From assembly GCA_009914755.4 (NCBI GenBank), contig CP086569.2, positions 1,984,001 through 2,048,000 of the forward strand: a DNA stretch of 64,000 nt, given 5' to 3'. Source of the DNA: the human T2T-CHM13v2.0 reference genome, Homo sapiens. A program made the translations under genes and the position numbers. A model generated the notes under the pieces. That model saw nothing but the letters and a program-made list of their open reading frames with translations. It searched no databases and had not been told where the DNA came from. This document shows, piece after piece, positions 16,714-36,010 of the stretch (the first letter of the stretch is position 1; each line of letters opens with the position of its first letter).

Positions 16714-17371
16714 ATTTTGCACAAAGTTTTACGATGACTCTGCTTTGTAATTAAAAGTAATTTCTGCTTTGTTGGTGATTTCTCACACATTTATCTGGTA
16801 GACCAGATACCTGCATGTGATAGGGTAAGAAGGACCCATTTCCCTCCAAGGAGAACAGCATTGCAAGGGGGTTGAGGACGCATGCATGTGGAATCCAAAC
16901 ATTGAATGCACTGAGACGGCGCTGCATGAAGCCTGTCTGTGAGTTTATGATGAAGCTGCACAGAGCTCCGTAGGCGGCTCTCACTCCTCTCTCTCAGCCT
17001 TTGGCTTCAGTTTAATTGCATACACACCCTTCAGAGCTGCTCGGGGCCCCCACTTCTTCAGCCTTCTGGCATTTTTCTAAGAAACACTAAACCTCTTTCC
17101 AACGTTGCCCTTGGATTTTGTGTGCACGTCTTCCAGCCCTTGAGCTGCTTGACCTGTGCTTGCAAGGGTTCCATAACACTGGATAGGACAGAAGCTCCGC
17201 CCAGCCCCAGGTGAAAGCTCTGTGCTCTTCAGGGACCATGTCCTATTCACACTGTCTCCCTCACATCTAATACAGTCATGATACTCGGCAATATAGTACT
17301 CCACCCAACAGGCAACTCAGAGTCTGCCAGTGATACAGGAGTTAAGAAGAAATCACTTAGGCAGACAGTAA

Positions 17372-17711
<340 letters not shown>

Positions 17712-17832
17712 AGCTTTTCTCTTTAACGAAAAGCAGCCCCAAGTCATTTTCTAACAATGAACAGCCTGTCAAGTCGAGCTGCAGACATACACAAGCCAGC
17801 TGGGAGCTTGTACGGGTGAATGTCGGGAGGAC

Positions 17833-18118
17833 CTAGGGACTAGACACGTTCAAGATGGCGGCTCCATCTTCCCGGGAGGAACTAACGACTAGACACGTTC
17901 AAGATGGCGGCTCCATCTTCCGGGCAGGAACTAGGGACTAGACACGTTCAAGATGGCGGCTCCATCTTCCCGGCAGGAACTAGGGACTAGACACGTTCAA
18001 GATGGCGGTTCCATCTTCCCGGCAGGAACTAGGGACTAGACACATTCAAAACGGCGGCTCCATCTTCCCAGCAGGAACTAGAGACTAGACACGTTCAAGA
18101 CAGTGGCTCCATCTTCCC
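17833..18118 (+). repeat. 49-bp tandem repeat x ~5.8 (unit GGCAGGAACTAGGGACTAGACACGTTCAAGATGGCGGCTCCATCTTCCC)
   Basis: Direct tandem copies at 49-bp spacing; each has palindrome AAGATGG-CGGCT-CCATCTT, i.e. AAGATGGCGGC, the YY1 consensus, plus an inverted CCAT core. Confidence 0.9.
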
Positions 18119-18158
18119 TCCTCTTTGTCAGCCACATGTAAAGTAAGAAAAACAGGAC

Positions 18159-18372
18159 CGAGAGCCCCGACCAACTACAAAGCCCATTTGCATAACCGAT
18201 TAGGGTGGGCAACCAGCCTTTCCTGTGGGCTATGTAAATGTCATGCTTGATGGAACCAATCTCTCGGAGAGCCCCGACCAACTACAAAGCCCATTTGCAT
18301 AAACGATTAGGGTGGGCAACCAGCCTTTCCTGTGGGCTATGTAAATGCCATGCTTGATGGAACCAATCTCTG
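18159..18372 (+). repeat. 107-bp direct repeat x2 inside LTR-like element
   Basis: GAGAGCCCCGACCAACTACAAAGCCCATTTGCATAA(C/A)CGATTAGGGTGGGCAACCAGCCTTTCCTGTGGGCTATGTAAATG(T/C)CATGCTTGATGGAACCAATCTCT repeated head to tail. Confidence 0.9.
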
Positions 18373-18411
18373 AGCTCTATGTAAATGAGACACCGCCTCC
18401 TCAAACTGGAC

Positions 18412-18419
18412 TATAAAAT
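18412..18419 (+). promoter_or_regulatory. TATA box (TATAAAAT) downstream of CCAAT boxes in LTR-like element
   Basis: CTGGACTATAAAATCCATCACATTTGG lies ~45 and ~150 bp downstream of two CCAATCTCT motifs. Confidence 0.4.
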
Positions 18420-18835
18420 CCATCACATTTGGTGCCAGCTGGTCCTTTCCGCTCGGAGACCCCTTTCTCTATAGAGAAAACCATTTCTCTTTCTCTTCTC
18501 TTCTCCTGATTAAACTTCCACTCCTAAACTCCTCGTGTGTGTCTTTGTCCTAAATTTTCCTGATGCCCAATGACGAACCCCAGGGTATATACCCCAGACA
18601 ACGTAGCCACTTCACTAACATGTAGAGAGCTTGCGCATTTTAATTCCTATCCTCACAATAGGCAAAGAGCAGAACATACTGAAAATCAGCAACTCTGCGA
18701 TCCATCAGAAAATAGAGATCACAAGACGAAATGCTGCCTGAAGACTGGACAGACAGGTGGCAAGTGGAATTGTGCTTGTCTAGGAGTTCCTGCTGGAGCC
18801 AGCACCTGATGGACACATTTGCAGGGTAATTATTA

Positions 18836-19225
<390 letters not shown>

Positions 19226-19448
19226 TCACAAATTTTACCTCCGGGAGCTCCACCAGGTTCCCAGGGTGAAGATCAAAGAAATATCCAGTTGTGTGTTATT
19301 GGGGGAAAGTAACCACTTTGCAATATTCCTAGGGAGACAGTAGCATTTTGAAGTATGCCCAAAGCAATCCGTGTCCTCTCTGCCCTCAAAGTAAATTACT
19401 TTAGCGCAGTCAAAGTGACCTGGGGGAAGGGAAATCTTCTATTTCAGT

Positions 19449-19755
<307 letters not shown>

Positions 19756-20441
19756 AGATTTCAGTTTCTATTAGCTTTCAACAACACTTTTCGTGCATGA
19801 GTGACGCTGGCGGCCATGTACTCAGCCATTCCATCAAGGTTCCAAGCAGCAAAGCTGCAAAATGGATCTGACTCCTTCAGTGAAGAAGAGTCTCCCTGAA
19901 TGCATTGGAAACACTCATGAGATGCTACTGAAGCAAGTAAGGGAAGCCTGACTGTGGACATGCTCTCTGTCTCTTAGGCTCACAGTACTCCAACCACAGA
20001 AACGAGATGCCTCAAGGGAGGCAGAGGCAGAAAGAAGCCATCACTATAAACCCAAGAATAAAGCCAGCAGAGCTACAGTGATGGCCTGTGTGCTGCAGGT
20101 GAGCATCACCTTGTTGTAAGGCCACAGGCTTTCCTGGCCACCCTGCTCAGTTGGCCTCGTGGTGGGAGTCACTAGACTCAAGATAGACCCAGCCAGACCA
20201 TCTGGTTAGAGCTACCCAAGGAAAAGCCATTGTCAGCACAAAGTCACTGGAGTCTTAGAATGCACAGCTGTGATGGGCTGATTCCTTCTCCCAAATCCCT
20301 ATGTTAAAGCCCTAACGCCCAGGACCTCAGAATGTCACCATATTTGGAGATAGTCTTTAAAGAGGTGATTAAGGTAAAACAAAGTCACCAGGGAGGCCCC
20401 TAATCCGAGAAGACTGGGATGCTTATAAGAAGAGGAGATGA

Positions 20442-21433
<992 letters not shown>

Positions 21434-22697
21434 ACAGGTGTTTCATCCTGTTCCTTTCCTCAGGTGGTGTTGCAGAGTACCCCAGCATCTTTAGGTGGTG
21501 GTAGAAGAGACTCCAGCATCTGCCATAACCCCCGGAAGAGTGTTCTGTATGTTACACTGTGGGGAGGTTTTCCTCAAAGCATTAGAGTGATCTGAACAAT
21601 GGGAATCTTTGCACAGAGGAGGATGAGTTCTACTCGGGGATGGTACCTACTAAGAGAGACATGTTGTCTTCTCTTCAATTGCCCTTTAACGAAGAAATAA
21701 AAATTATTTAATTATTCGGTGAAGAAATAAAAAGAGTATTGCATTCTTTCAACAGAGATTCTGCACTTGTACTCCCAGGTATTTATGAAACCTCATGTTG
21801 ATGCCTGGTGCATAGGCCAGGCAGTGGGGCTCTACCTAAGTAATGCCTGGTGGTTGGCCATGGGTAGCTGGAGCACCAATAGCATACTCTAATAGTCCAT
21901 GACATCGGTCTACTCAAGGGCCATGGCTCAAATAGAAGGCTTTGTTTGGAGGAATTCAAAAGAGGTTCTACTGAGAAGGAACCTATGAATCAGTGCTGCC
22001 ACAATACTTTTGGATTGTGCGGTTCAAACGCCATATTGGTTTTCTTCCAGCTCTCCAGCTCCAGCAGCACTGAGGCAGATCTGAGTTTCTCGAAGCTGGG
22101 CCCATCACCAACAAGACAGTGATGGTGAAAGCAATGATAGAAGAGGTCGAATTTAGAGTAAGGATCAGGATGGACAGGTGGGTACATCTATGCAACCCTA
22201 ACCTTTCTGAAACTACTAGGCATAGATATTTTCCTGAAGACTAGTCTCAGCCTGCATGGATGGTCCCTCATGGCTACTGTCTCATTTGAAAAGTGAACCT
22301 ATGAAAAGAGGAAAACACTATGACATCCACCACTGTTTGGTCACACCAATTCTTGACATTAACTCTCTCGAAGGACATTAGTATGACCTTCAAATCCTAG
22401 CCCGCAGGAAAGCTTCACTTTAGTTGTTTGTTTCCTGGGTGTCCCTTCCTACAACCCACGAGGCAAATGCCACACACCCTCCTTACATGCATAAAACAGT
22501 GCTGATAATGGATGAAACACACAAGTATCAGCTCATGCCTGCACTTTCAGAGAAAACACTCTTGCTTAGACCATGGGTATGTCAAGCTGCCAAGGATACA
22601 AAAGGTAAAACAATCCAAGGGCAACAGATGGTTCATGACAAAGAACTAAGAGGGCAGCACTGCGATTCCAAAAATTTGGATATGGACGTCAATGAGA

Positions 22698-22876
22698 GTG
22701 AATGAGAGAGAAGGAGAGAGACAGAGGGAGAGAGGGGGGGGAGGGAGGGAGAGAGAGAGAGAGAGACAGAGAGAAAGGAAGGAGGAGGAGGAGAAAGGAA
22801 GGAGGAGGAGGAGAAAGAGGAGGAGGAGAAGCAGGAGGAGGGGGAAGAGGAGGTGAAGGAGAAGGGAAAAAAAAAG
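22698..22876. repeat. (GA)n/(GGA)n polypurine simple repeat
   Basis: GAGAGAGAAGGAGAGAGACAGAGGGAGAGAGGGGGGGGAGGGAGGGAGAGAGAGAGAGAGACAGAG... Confidence 0.95.
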
Positions 22877-22883
22877 TAGAAGG

Positions 22884-23500
<617 letters not shown>

Positions 23501-24071
23501 GGCCTCAGTAGAAGAAAAGAGAATGAGCAAAGAGCCTGGTCCAGGCCACTCTAAATGTCTCTCAAATGTTAAAGACTGATGAAGGAGGAGCAGGAAGACT
23601 TATCACACGTCCAAGGAGACAATGTTGAGCGACCCGCAAACTTAGCAGAAGGGAGAACAGGCTCTGGAGATGTCCAGTAATGGGGTAGAGCCCAGACTCC
23701 CACACTTGGTAGTTGTACCCTTCAACCTGGAGAGGCCTCAGTTTTCTCATCAGTGAAATGGGCCCAAGAATAGTATCTATCTCAAGAAACCATTTTCTCT
23801 GCTCCTTCATGAGAAGAAACTCCTCTTCCATTCCAGTTTTATCATGAGATTACAGGAGTTCAGTCCCATCTTCAACCTGCACCTTTACTTCTGCTATTTT
23901 CACCATAGCAGAAGTGACTTCCTCCACTGAAGTCTTGAACCCCCTCAATGTCATTCATGAATATTGGAATTCACTTTTTCCCGATTTCTGTTAATGTGGA
24001 TATCTTAACTTCCTGCCATGAATCACCAAGGTTCTAAATGGCATTCAGAATGAGGAATCCTTTCAGGAAGG

Positions 24072-24399
<328 letters not shown>

Positions 24400-24404
24400 T
24401 GACT

Positions 24405-24720
24405 CGAATTTTGAAAAAAGTTCTACTCTGGGTAAAACCCTATCAAACAGCATCGCTTGATACAGAAAAATCTTTCATGACAGAAAGGGTCAACTGATGT
24501 GACAAACATCACTGTTGTCTATTTTAAGAAATTGCCAAAGCACCCTCTACCCTCAGCAACCACCACCCTGATCAGTCCACAGCCAGCAACATTGAGGCAA
24601 GACTCTCCACCAGCAATAAGGTTTTGACTCGCGAAATGTTCAGATAATTGTTAGTATTGTTTACCAATAAAGTATGCTTAAATTAAAAAATATATATCGT
24701 TGGAATGGTGTATGGATACA
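24405..24720 (+). mobile_element. Tigger-like DNA transposon fragment (tentative)
   Basis: ...AAGAAATTGCCAAAGCACCCTCTACCCTCAGCAACCACCACCCTGATCAGTCCACAGCCAGCAACATTGAGGCAAGACTCTCCACCAGCAATAAGGTTTTGACTCGCGAAATG... resembles Tigger/MER2-group consensus recalled from memory. Confidence 0.35.
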
Positions 24721-25949
24721 CCACAAAACAGTCTTAGCATAATGCTCACCATTCACTAAGTGCTCAATAACGACATTATTAACTTTGCCAATTCCTCTGT
24801 TTATTGCTCAGAAGGATGATGCATTTGTCAGGAGAAGCAAAGAAAAAGATTCTTGAAAAGATCATGGTGACATTGCTGAAAGGTCGGGGAGAAAACACAA
24901 ACAGACTGAATGGGTCCTGTGAAGCTCAAGGGTGTGGGTAGCTCGTAAGAAAGGCTATGAGCAGAGATTACGCTGGAGAAATATGCCAGGAAGGGAAGGG
25001 AAGGGATGGTCAGAAGCTAGTTAGTGTGTGCAGTGATATTTTCACAATGCTTTTGAAATCAGCGTGTTAATTGGCTAAATGAGCCACTGGCTGGATGACA
25101 GTATGTGAGCATTAGCTGCTCTATGTCAGCTGGGATTCTAGGAAAACAGATTGTGCCAAACATTTGGATATCCAGAGGAGGCACAACAACTGTGCATTAG
25201 AAATAGGACTTATGTTTCCCACCCAACTACCTCTCTCTGGGGCCTGACCTGCCGTCTAAAAACAGTCCACCCCAATGCAGCCTCCAGTCACTCTGCCAGG
25301 TATTGACCCAGAGTCTTGATTCTATGCAACAAATAAGATCTTTGCATTTTAACCCATTGAGTTTTAGTAAGAATCTTCGACAAGAAGATTTCTTCCAGAG
25401 AACCAAAGCAGGAGTTGCAAGATTGCAAAGGGCACACTGAGGTCTTAAATATCCATCTGATTTGGCCAGGAATGTGATCGATCAAAAACTCAGGAATTTT
25501 CCTGGTCATCGTTGTCTAACGTGTATTCAGAATGTACTCTGCGGTGAGTACCATTTTACGAAAAGACTCACTGGCCAAGACTATGGGCGTGAGGTAACTA
25601 ACAATCAGGGGGCTTGGTTTCATTTTGTTGAAAAAAAGTTCAACAAAGACATCCACAAAGAAATAGGTGATGGGCCTTTGCCTACTCATTTCTTTGCTCG
25701 TTTTGCTATTTACCCATTCCCCTGTTTTCTTGCCCTGTAAAATGGACACAATACTCAAGCTTCCCATTGGTGTCAATGTTTACATTCACGATGGGTAAAA
25801 AAAGGTATTTCATGATTTGAAAAGTGTGATGCATTTTATTCTTTTTTATAACTTTAACACCTTTTAATTTTTTGAACGTTTTTGAGTCATCATAACACAT
25901 AGCTTAAAACACATACACACGTGGTGCAGCTGTACAAACATGTATTTTT

Positions 25950-26815
<866 letters not shown>

Positions 26816-26818
26816 ATG

Positions 26819-27113
26819 CTTTTTTTTTTTTTTTTTTTTTTTGAGACACAGTCTTACTCTGTCACCCAGGCTGGAGTGCAATGGCATGATCTTGGCTCAC
26901 TGCAACCTCCACCTCCTAGGTTCAAGTGATTCTCCCTGCCTTAGCCTCCCAAGTAGCTGGAATTCTAGGCACCTGCCACCATGCCTGGCTAATATTGGTA
27001 TTTTTAGTAGAGACGGAGTTTCGCCATGTTCGCTAGACTGGTCTCGAACTCCTGACCTCAGGTGATTCGCGTGCCCTGGCTGGGATTACAGGCGTGAGTC
27101 ACCGGACCCAGCC
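26819..27113 (-). mobile_element. Alu SINE (reverse)
   Basis: T22, GAGACACAGTCTTACTCTGTCACCCAGGCTGGAGTGCAATGG ... GGATTACAGGCGTGAGTCACCGGACCCAGCC. Confidence 0.92.
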
Positions 27114-27127
27114 GCCTATTTTCTTTC

Positions 27128-27400
27128 TTTAAGAGATAAGGTCTTGGTCTCTCAGCCAGGCTGGAGTGCAGTGATTTGAGCACATCTCACTGCAGCCTCA
27201 AACTCCTGGGCTCAAGTGATCCTCCCGCCTCAACCTCCCCAGTAGCTGGGACCACATGCACACACCACCATGCCCAGCTATTTTTGAAAAATTTTTGTAG
27301 AAATGGCATCTTGCTGTGTTGCCCAAGCTGCTCTCAAAGTCCTGAGCTCAAAATAATCCTCCATCTTCTGAAAGCATTGCGATTATGGGTGTGAAGTTTC
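27128..27400 (-). mobile_element. Alu SINE (reverse; old, AluJ-like, diverged)
   Basis: AGAGATAAGGTCTTGGTCTCTCAGCCAGGCTGGAGTGCAGTGATTTGAGCACATCTCACTGCAGCCTCAAACTCCTGGGCTCAAGTGATCC ... GATTATGGGTGTGAAG. Confidence 0.8.
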
Positions 27401-27557
27401 TTTGACTTTAATATTTTAACTTAATTTATAACAGTATTTTTGAATAAGGGACTCTATCCATCACTATTTAATTCTATAATTGTATATATTTGCAGGCCCC
27501 TCCAAGCCTTTGTGAACCCTGAATATCTGAGATGGTGTCAGTTAATTTAGAAAGTTA

Positions 27558-28428
<871 letters not shown>

Positions 28429-28529
28429 TAAAACGGGAGGCAAGTTTGCTCTGAGAAGTTCCCAGCTTGACTTTTCCCTTGAGCTTAGTGATTTGGGGAC
28501 CCCAAGATTTTCCTTTCAAACCTTCTTAA

Positions 28530-28968
<439 letters not shown>

Positions 28969-29267
28969 TGCAGTAGTGAGTCTTAGTCACTCACTGTGAA
29001 GTTCCCTGCAGTTTCTTTTTCAAAAGCATTTTGCTGTGGATAACGCATTCTCATTACGTCAGACATCTGCAGTAACATTTATCTAGCAACAAGGTTAACT
29101 GCCTTCACATCAACAAAAACAGGTTGTGTTGCCAGCAAAGAAGAATGCCAGTTCTCTTTTCCATCCCATAATACTTGTCATCAGTACTGGGGTATCCTGT
29201 TCACCTTCTCCCATGCTGTGAGATTAATTTAGAGAACATATTCACGGTATTTTGTTTTTTGTTTTGT

Positions 29268-29499
<232 letters not shown>

Positions 29500-29500
<1 letters not shown>

Positions 29501-29523
29501 ATAGATAGATATAGATAGATTTA
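29500..29523. repeat. (TAGA)n microsatellite
   Basis: ATAGATAGATAGATATAGATAGAT. Confidence 0.9.
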
Positions 29524-29649
29524 TTTTACTTTAAGTTGCAAGATACATATGCAGAACATGCAGGTTTGTTACATAGGTATACATGTGCCATGCTGGTTTC
29601 CTGCACCCATCAACCCGTCATCTAGGTTTTAAGCCCTGCTTGCATTAGA

Positions 29650-29760
29650 AATGGGGTTTCGCCATGTTGGCCAGGCTGGTCTTGAACTCCTGACATCATG
29701 ATCCACCCACCTCGGCCTCCCAAAGTGCTGGGATTACAGGCGTGAGCCACCGCGGCTGAC
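29650..29760 (-). mobile_element. Alu fragment (reverse; 5'-proximal ~110 bp)
   Basis: GGGGTTTCGCCATGTTGGCCAGGCTGGTCTTGAACTCCTGACATCATGATCCACCCACCTCGGCCTCCCAAAGTGCTGGGATTACAGGCGTGAGCCACCGCGGCTGACC. Confidence 0.88.
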
Positions 29761-30688
29761 CTTTATTGCTCTTTCTATGTAAAACCAGAAAAGCCAACAA
29801 AGCTATTTCCCGTAATGACATGCCCAAGTCCTAACCCCCAAACACCGTGAATGTGAACTGATTTGCGAATAGGGTCTTGGTAGATGCATTCTCGTTAAGG
29901 ATATCAGGACAGGATCATCCCAGGTTCAGGACTGATGGACACTTCAAACTTTCATTCTATATTCTTTCACACGAGTAGTGTTGTTTGGCTCTGAGAAGCA
30001 CTTTCATTTTTATTTCCAGGCAATTTCATATCGTTCTCTTCAATTCAGTGAGTGCAAAAGAAGCAAGACAGGGAGTGATATAAAATTACTGCTAATAGAA
30101 AATTCACTTTTAATCTTGCTTAAAACAAGTTTTTTTGTTTTTTGTTTTTTTGTAAAATGAAGGAGAGAGCTGAACTTCAAGGATGCGAATTTATTTCCAC
30201 ACAGGGGAGAAACACTGATTGGAGAAAATTTACAGTTGCTGTTTAGACACTTGAGCCTCAGGATCGAGAAAAGGTGCACCTCTTAGATGGGCCTTAAATT
30301 GGAGATGATGATATCTAACCACCTGGAGACGGGAAAGTAGGTGTCACTCAATGCTGAACGGTGCTACTCATCTGTGAGATTGTATAATGAAGTTTTGGAG
30401 ACTGAGCCTGTACCTTCATCTGTTCTTTAACCAATGCACACTTAACAAGCACGTCATGTTTAGCTGCTCAGCAGAGCTTCCTTCTTCAGAAACAGAGACG
30501 GGGTGCGGAGGCATTTTACAACCCAGGGGGCTCCAGCTTCATAGACTGTCTTGTGAGGATCTATGCTGTTACTCTGAGGATCAGCGTTGGTTTTCCAAGT
30601 CCTTCATGAACATAACAAGTCAATGATAAGACGACAAGTTCCACCGCTGTGCCTCAGCTGAGACAAAAAAAAAAAAAAGCTGGAATCA

Positions 30689-31111
<423 letters not shown>

Positions 31112-31129
31112 TCAGGTTAAAATGTAAGC

Positions 31130-31495
31130 CTCAGTGCTGGATGGGAGGTCGAATGGGAGGGGTTTGAGCAACGGACGATGGATTCTTCCTGAAGAGATCA
31201 ATGTCCTTTCTTGAAGCATGAGTGAGTTTTTACTCTATGAGTTCTCCACAGGCTGGTTGTTAAATAGAGCCTGGCGTCTCCCGTCTGTCTTCCCTCCTGT
31301 CTCTTCGTGTGGTCTCTGTACACATACCAGCTCCCCTTCCCGTTCCACCATGAGTGGAAGCCTCCTGAGGTCCTCAGCAGAGACAGATGCTGGCCCTGTG
31401 CTTCTTGTACAGCCTGCAGAATCATAACCCAAATAAACCTCTTTCCTCTATAAATTATCCAGCCTCCAGTGTTCCTTTCTAGTGACACAAAACCG
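31130..31495 (+). mobile_element. MaLR LTR fragment (THE1/MST-like 3' portion)
   Basis: ...CCTGCAGAATCATAACCCAAATAAACCTCTTTCCTCTATAAATTATCCAGCCTCCAGTGTTCCTTTCTAGTGACACAAAACCGACGAAGACA resembles THE1/MST LTR 3' end (AAACCTCTTTCCTTTATAAATTACCCAGTCTC...). Confidence 0.55.
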
Positions 31496-31717
31496 ACGAA
31501 GACACCCCAGCTCTCTCTACCATGGGGTATTTATGTCACTAGTGATGACCGTCCTGACAAGGGGCCAGCCCTGCAGTTCCCACGAGACCACCTACTTCCC
31601 ACTCCCCATATGAGCTCAGAAACTTCCGGAAGCTGGTACACTCATGGAATGATAATCCATATAATTTCCGCAACGAGATGTGATGTAGTATCATGCTTAC
31701 TTAAGTGATCCTGAATA

Positions 31718-32998
<1,281 letters not shown>

Positions 32999-33086
32999 TA
33001 AAAAAAGTAATAGTCTCCAGTCTCATCCAGGTCACTGCAAATGCTGTTAATTCATTCTTTTTTGTGGCTGTGTAGTATTCCATGGT

Positions 33087-33131
33087 GTGTGTGTGCGTCT
33101 GTCTGTGTGTGTGTGTGTATATATATATATG
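33087..33131. repeat. (GT)n-(TA)n compound microsatellite
   Basis: GTGTGTGTGCGTCTGTCTGTGTGTGTGTGTGTATATATATATAT. Confidence 0.95.
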
Positions 33132-33874
33132 ATGTCCATCAATATATACAATGTCCAATGTTCTGGAGTCCACAGTCAGTAATGTCCATCAAGGTACATA
33201 CACACGTTCACGGACATTATTGCCTGTGGACATCAGAATCTTGACCCACACCTAGGAAATGACTGCATTCAACGTCAGGCGACTGGACTCCCCGCCAGAC
33301 ACCCGCCATTGAGAACAAATAATAAAAGCCACAGTCTTCACCTTGCAAATTGATATTTGGACTTTTGTCATTCAAGGATGCTTTCAATGGTTCGTGTCTA
33401 CTAGGCTTGGGAGAAAGATAGGCTCGTGAGAGGAGACATCAGACAACTGGCAAATCAGAGGTAGATGAAGCAACAAAAGGAAGGAAAAAGAGTGTGGAAA
33501 TACCAGCCAACGAGCTGGTGTTCCCAATGGGACCTATGAAAAGATGTTTTGCAGGTGGAGAGAAGAAAGAGGAGACGCAAGCATTTGAGCTGAGCAAGGA
33601 ATATTGCCTGCATTGCGGAGGACCAAGAATGGACAATATCACCAGGTTAGCCTCCTGGGAAATGCTGCACGGGTGGCAGGTTCAGCAAATCAAGGCAGGG
33701 GGAGAAAATGGCTGCCGCTCTCTCTCCAGTTTGCGATCCTGGGAAGTTAGGGTGCACGGGTTTACTGGGCTTTGATTTCCTCAGAGGACTGGTTTTACTT
33801 ACACACAGCAGGAAGCCATAATACAAGGGGCTCTTTTCCCACCACAGGCATCAAGCTGAATCACCGCACACGCT

Positions 33875-34305
33875 TGCATTCCAGACTCATGTTCTCCAGA
33901 GCTTACAGGTTGGGATGGGACCACTGTAACCCATGACCCCAAACTAGGGAGCTTACAAAAGCAGCCATTTAACCTCTCCCAGTCCTGGAGACTACATCTG
34001 TGAAATCGAGGTGCCTACAGGGACATGCTCCCTGCTCTAGGGAAGAATTCTTCCTGCCTCTCCCAGCTCCTGGGGGCTCCAGGCATCCCTGGGCTTATGG
34101 CCGCATCACTCCAGTCTCTGCCTCCGTCTCCACGTGGCCTTCTCCTCTGTGTCTGTGTCTCCTCTTCCGTCTCTTACAAGGACACCTGTCATTAGATTTA
34201 GGATCCACTGCAATCCAGGATGATCTCATCTCCAGATCCTTTTTTACATCTGCAAAGACCTTATTTCCAAATAAAAAATCACATGTACAGATTCAAGGTG
34301 AACTT
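33875..34305 (-). mobile_element. ERVL-MaLR LTR (MLT1-like), antisense
   Basis: Reverse complement reads ...TTATTTGGAAATAAGGTCTTTGCAGATGTAAAAAAGGATCTGGAGATGAGATCATCCTGGATTGCAGTGGATCCTAAATCTAATGACAGGTGTCCTTGTAAGAGACGGAAGAGGAGACACAGACACAGAGGAGAAGGCCACGTGGAGACGGAGGCAGAGACTGGAGTGATGCGGCCATAAGCC..., matching MLT1 LTR consensus. Confidence 0.7.
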
Positions 34306-34371
34306 GTCTTTTTTTTTTTTTGGTGGGGGTGGGGGTAAAATAGAGGCACCATTCAATCCACTACAGGGGTT

Positions 34372-34468
34372 GAGAAGAAATAAAATATTACAAAATGCTC
34401 CCTGATAAGAAATAAAATATTACAAAATGCTTCCTGATAAGAAATAAAATATTACAAAATGCTTCCTG
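34372..34468 (+). repeat. 31-32-bp tandem repeat x3 (GAAATAAAATATTACAAAATGCTYCCTGATAA)
   Basis: Three head-to-tail near-identical copies directly upstream of an Alu. Confidence 0.9.
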
Positions 34469-34475
34469 AATGTGA

Positions 34476-34793
<318 letters not shown>

Positions 34794-35439
34794 GATTTAG
34801 AAGCTTTTGTTTGTGGGCGTGAAGGTTCAGTAAGAGCTTCCTCTAGTCCTTGTCAAGATCAAAATTAAAGGCATTATAAACAGAGATGCCTATCTGTCGG
34901 CCACATATCCAGAAAATAAATGCTGAGATGAGAATTCTGGCTTCTGAATAGGAGTCTGATATCTGCATTTGGTGTTGCCAAAGCAAGCCCTGACTTCTCT
35001 CTTCTCTCATTGAGACAGAGCACACACCCTCACTCCTTGTGTCTCTGAGTCACATGTATCGGGCCATACTCACCTGATACCTCACGGATTGTCCCGGGGC
35101 TAGTTCTATTTCTAGCTCCTGGGCAGGACGGTGACCATGAGTTCGACGGTGCCCAGCAAGCCCATCTGGCCAGCACTTATCTGCCTTTGGGTACAGCCTG
35201 CCCTTTCTCCCAAGTGTCTGAGCATAAAAATAGCCCACCATGTCAACCCCGCAGATGACAAGCATGTGAGTGGCTAGTTTCTGCCTGAGAACTCTCCCGA
35301 GGTCTCCCTGAACACTCACGGATGCCTGGGCTGGCCCAAGATGCAGCAGTAGGTCACTGACAGACTCTCTTCCATTTATTCACAGTTTCCATGATTCCCA
35401 CGCTCATAGCATCGACATAACAAAAGCAAAGTTAAGCTA

Positions 35440-36010
35440 CAGACTCTGCTCCCGCCCCAACCTCTCTAATAGCTGCTAACAGAGCCAATGGATTGTTTTT
35501 TTCAACTTGCAACTTAAACACAACTTTGCCTTCTCCCTGAGTCTTTTAATTCAAACATTCAGTCATTCTCCATCAGGTATGCACAGGAGATACAAAATCA
35601 ATATGATAACGGTCTTCAGGTTGTGGGTGACAGAGCGGGAGCATGGCCATCTTGAACAAACACCACCATTCTAGGCTCCCCTTGATTAAAAACCGCCTAA
35701 ATCCAGCCCGAAAACATCAGCCTCATGACTCATGTCAGCATAACCAGAAACATTCCAACCCTAAGATAAACCCGTCTCCGACCAAAAACATACCAACCCT
35801 GAGACAGCCTCCCCTCTGACCAGAGATATTCAACCCTGCAATAAACTCTCCCTCACATACAAACATTCTGAACCTATGATAAGCACCCCCTTCCAAAACC
35901 CTTAAATGTGCTTAGTCTATAAGAGAGAAGAGCTCTGACCTAACTCAGCCAGAAGCCCCTCTCAGGTTTCTCTAAAATAAACCTGTGTTTAACTGTCAAG
36001 TGACATTTCA
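35440..36010 (+). mobile_element. Possible degraded ERV LTR (degenerate ~36-bp internal repeats, AATAAA near 3' end); tentative
   Basis: Four degenerate repeats AACAT(T/A)CCAACCCT(A/G)AGA(T/C)A... at 35745-35890; TCTCTAAAATAAACCTGTGTTTAACTG near end; CAGCCTCATG and CAAGATGGCGAC motifs shared with 5990-6110 and 36355-36385. Confidence 0.25.

Larger units (their letters stand above)
17715..18560 (+). mobile_element. Solo-LTR-like element (ERV class uncertain) with tandem-repeat U3, CCAAT boxes, TATA box and R-like region
   Basis: 49-bp x ~6 array, then 107-bp x2 direct repeat each carrying CCAATCTCT, then CTATAAAATCC (TATA), then CTCCTGATTAAACTTCCACTCCTAAACTCC; no adjacent internal ERV sequence. 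Confidence 0.5.

Noticed and set aside
25520-25560. Consensus-like 5' splice donor CG|GTGAGTAC at ~25541
   Set aside because: GT-AG-like motifs occur by chance every few hundred bp. There is no upstream ORF with coding character and no matching acceptor or exon evidence.
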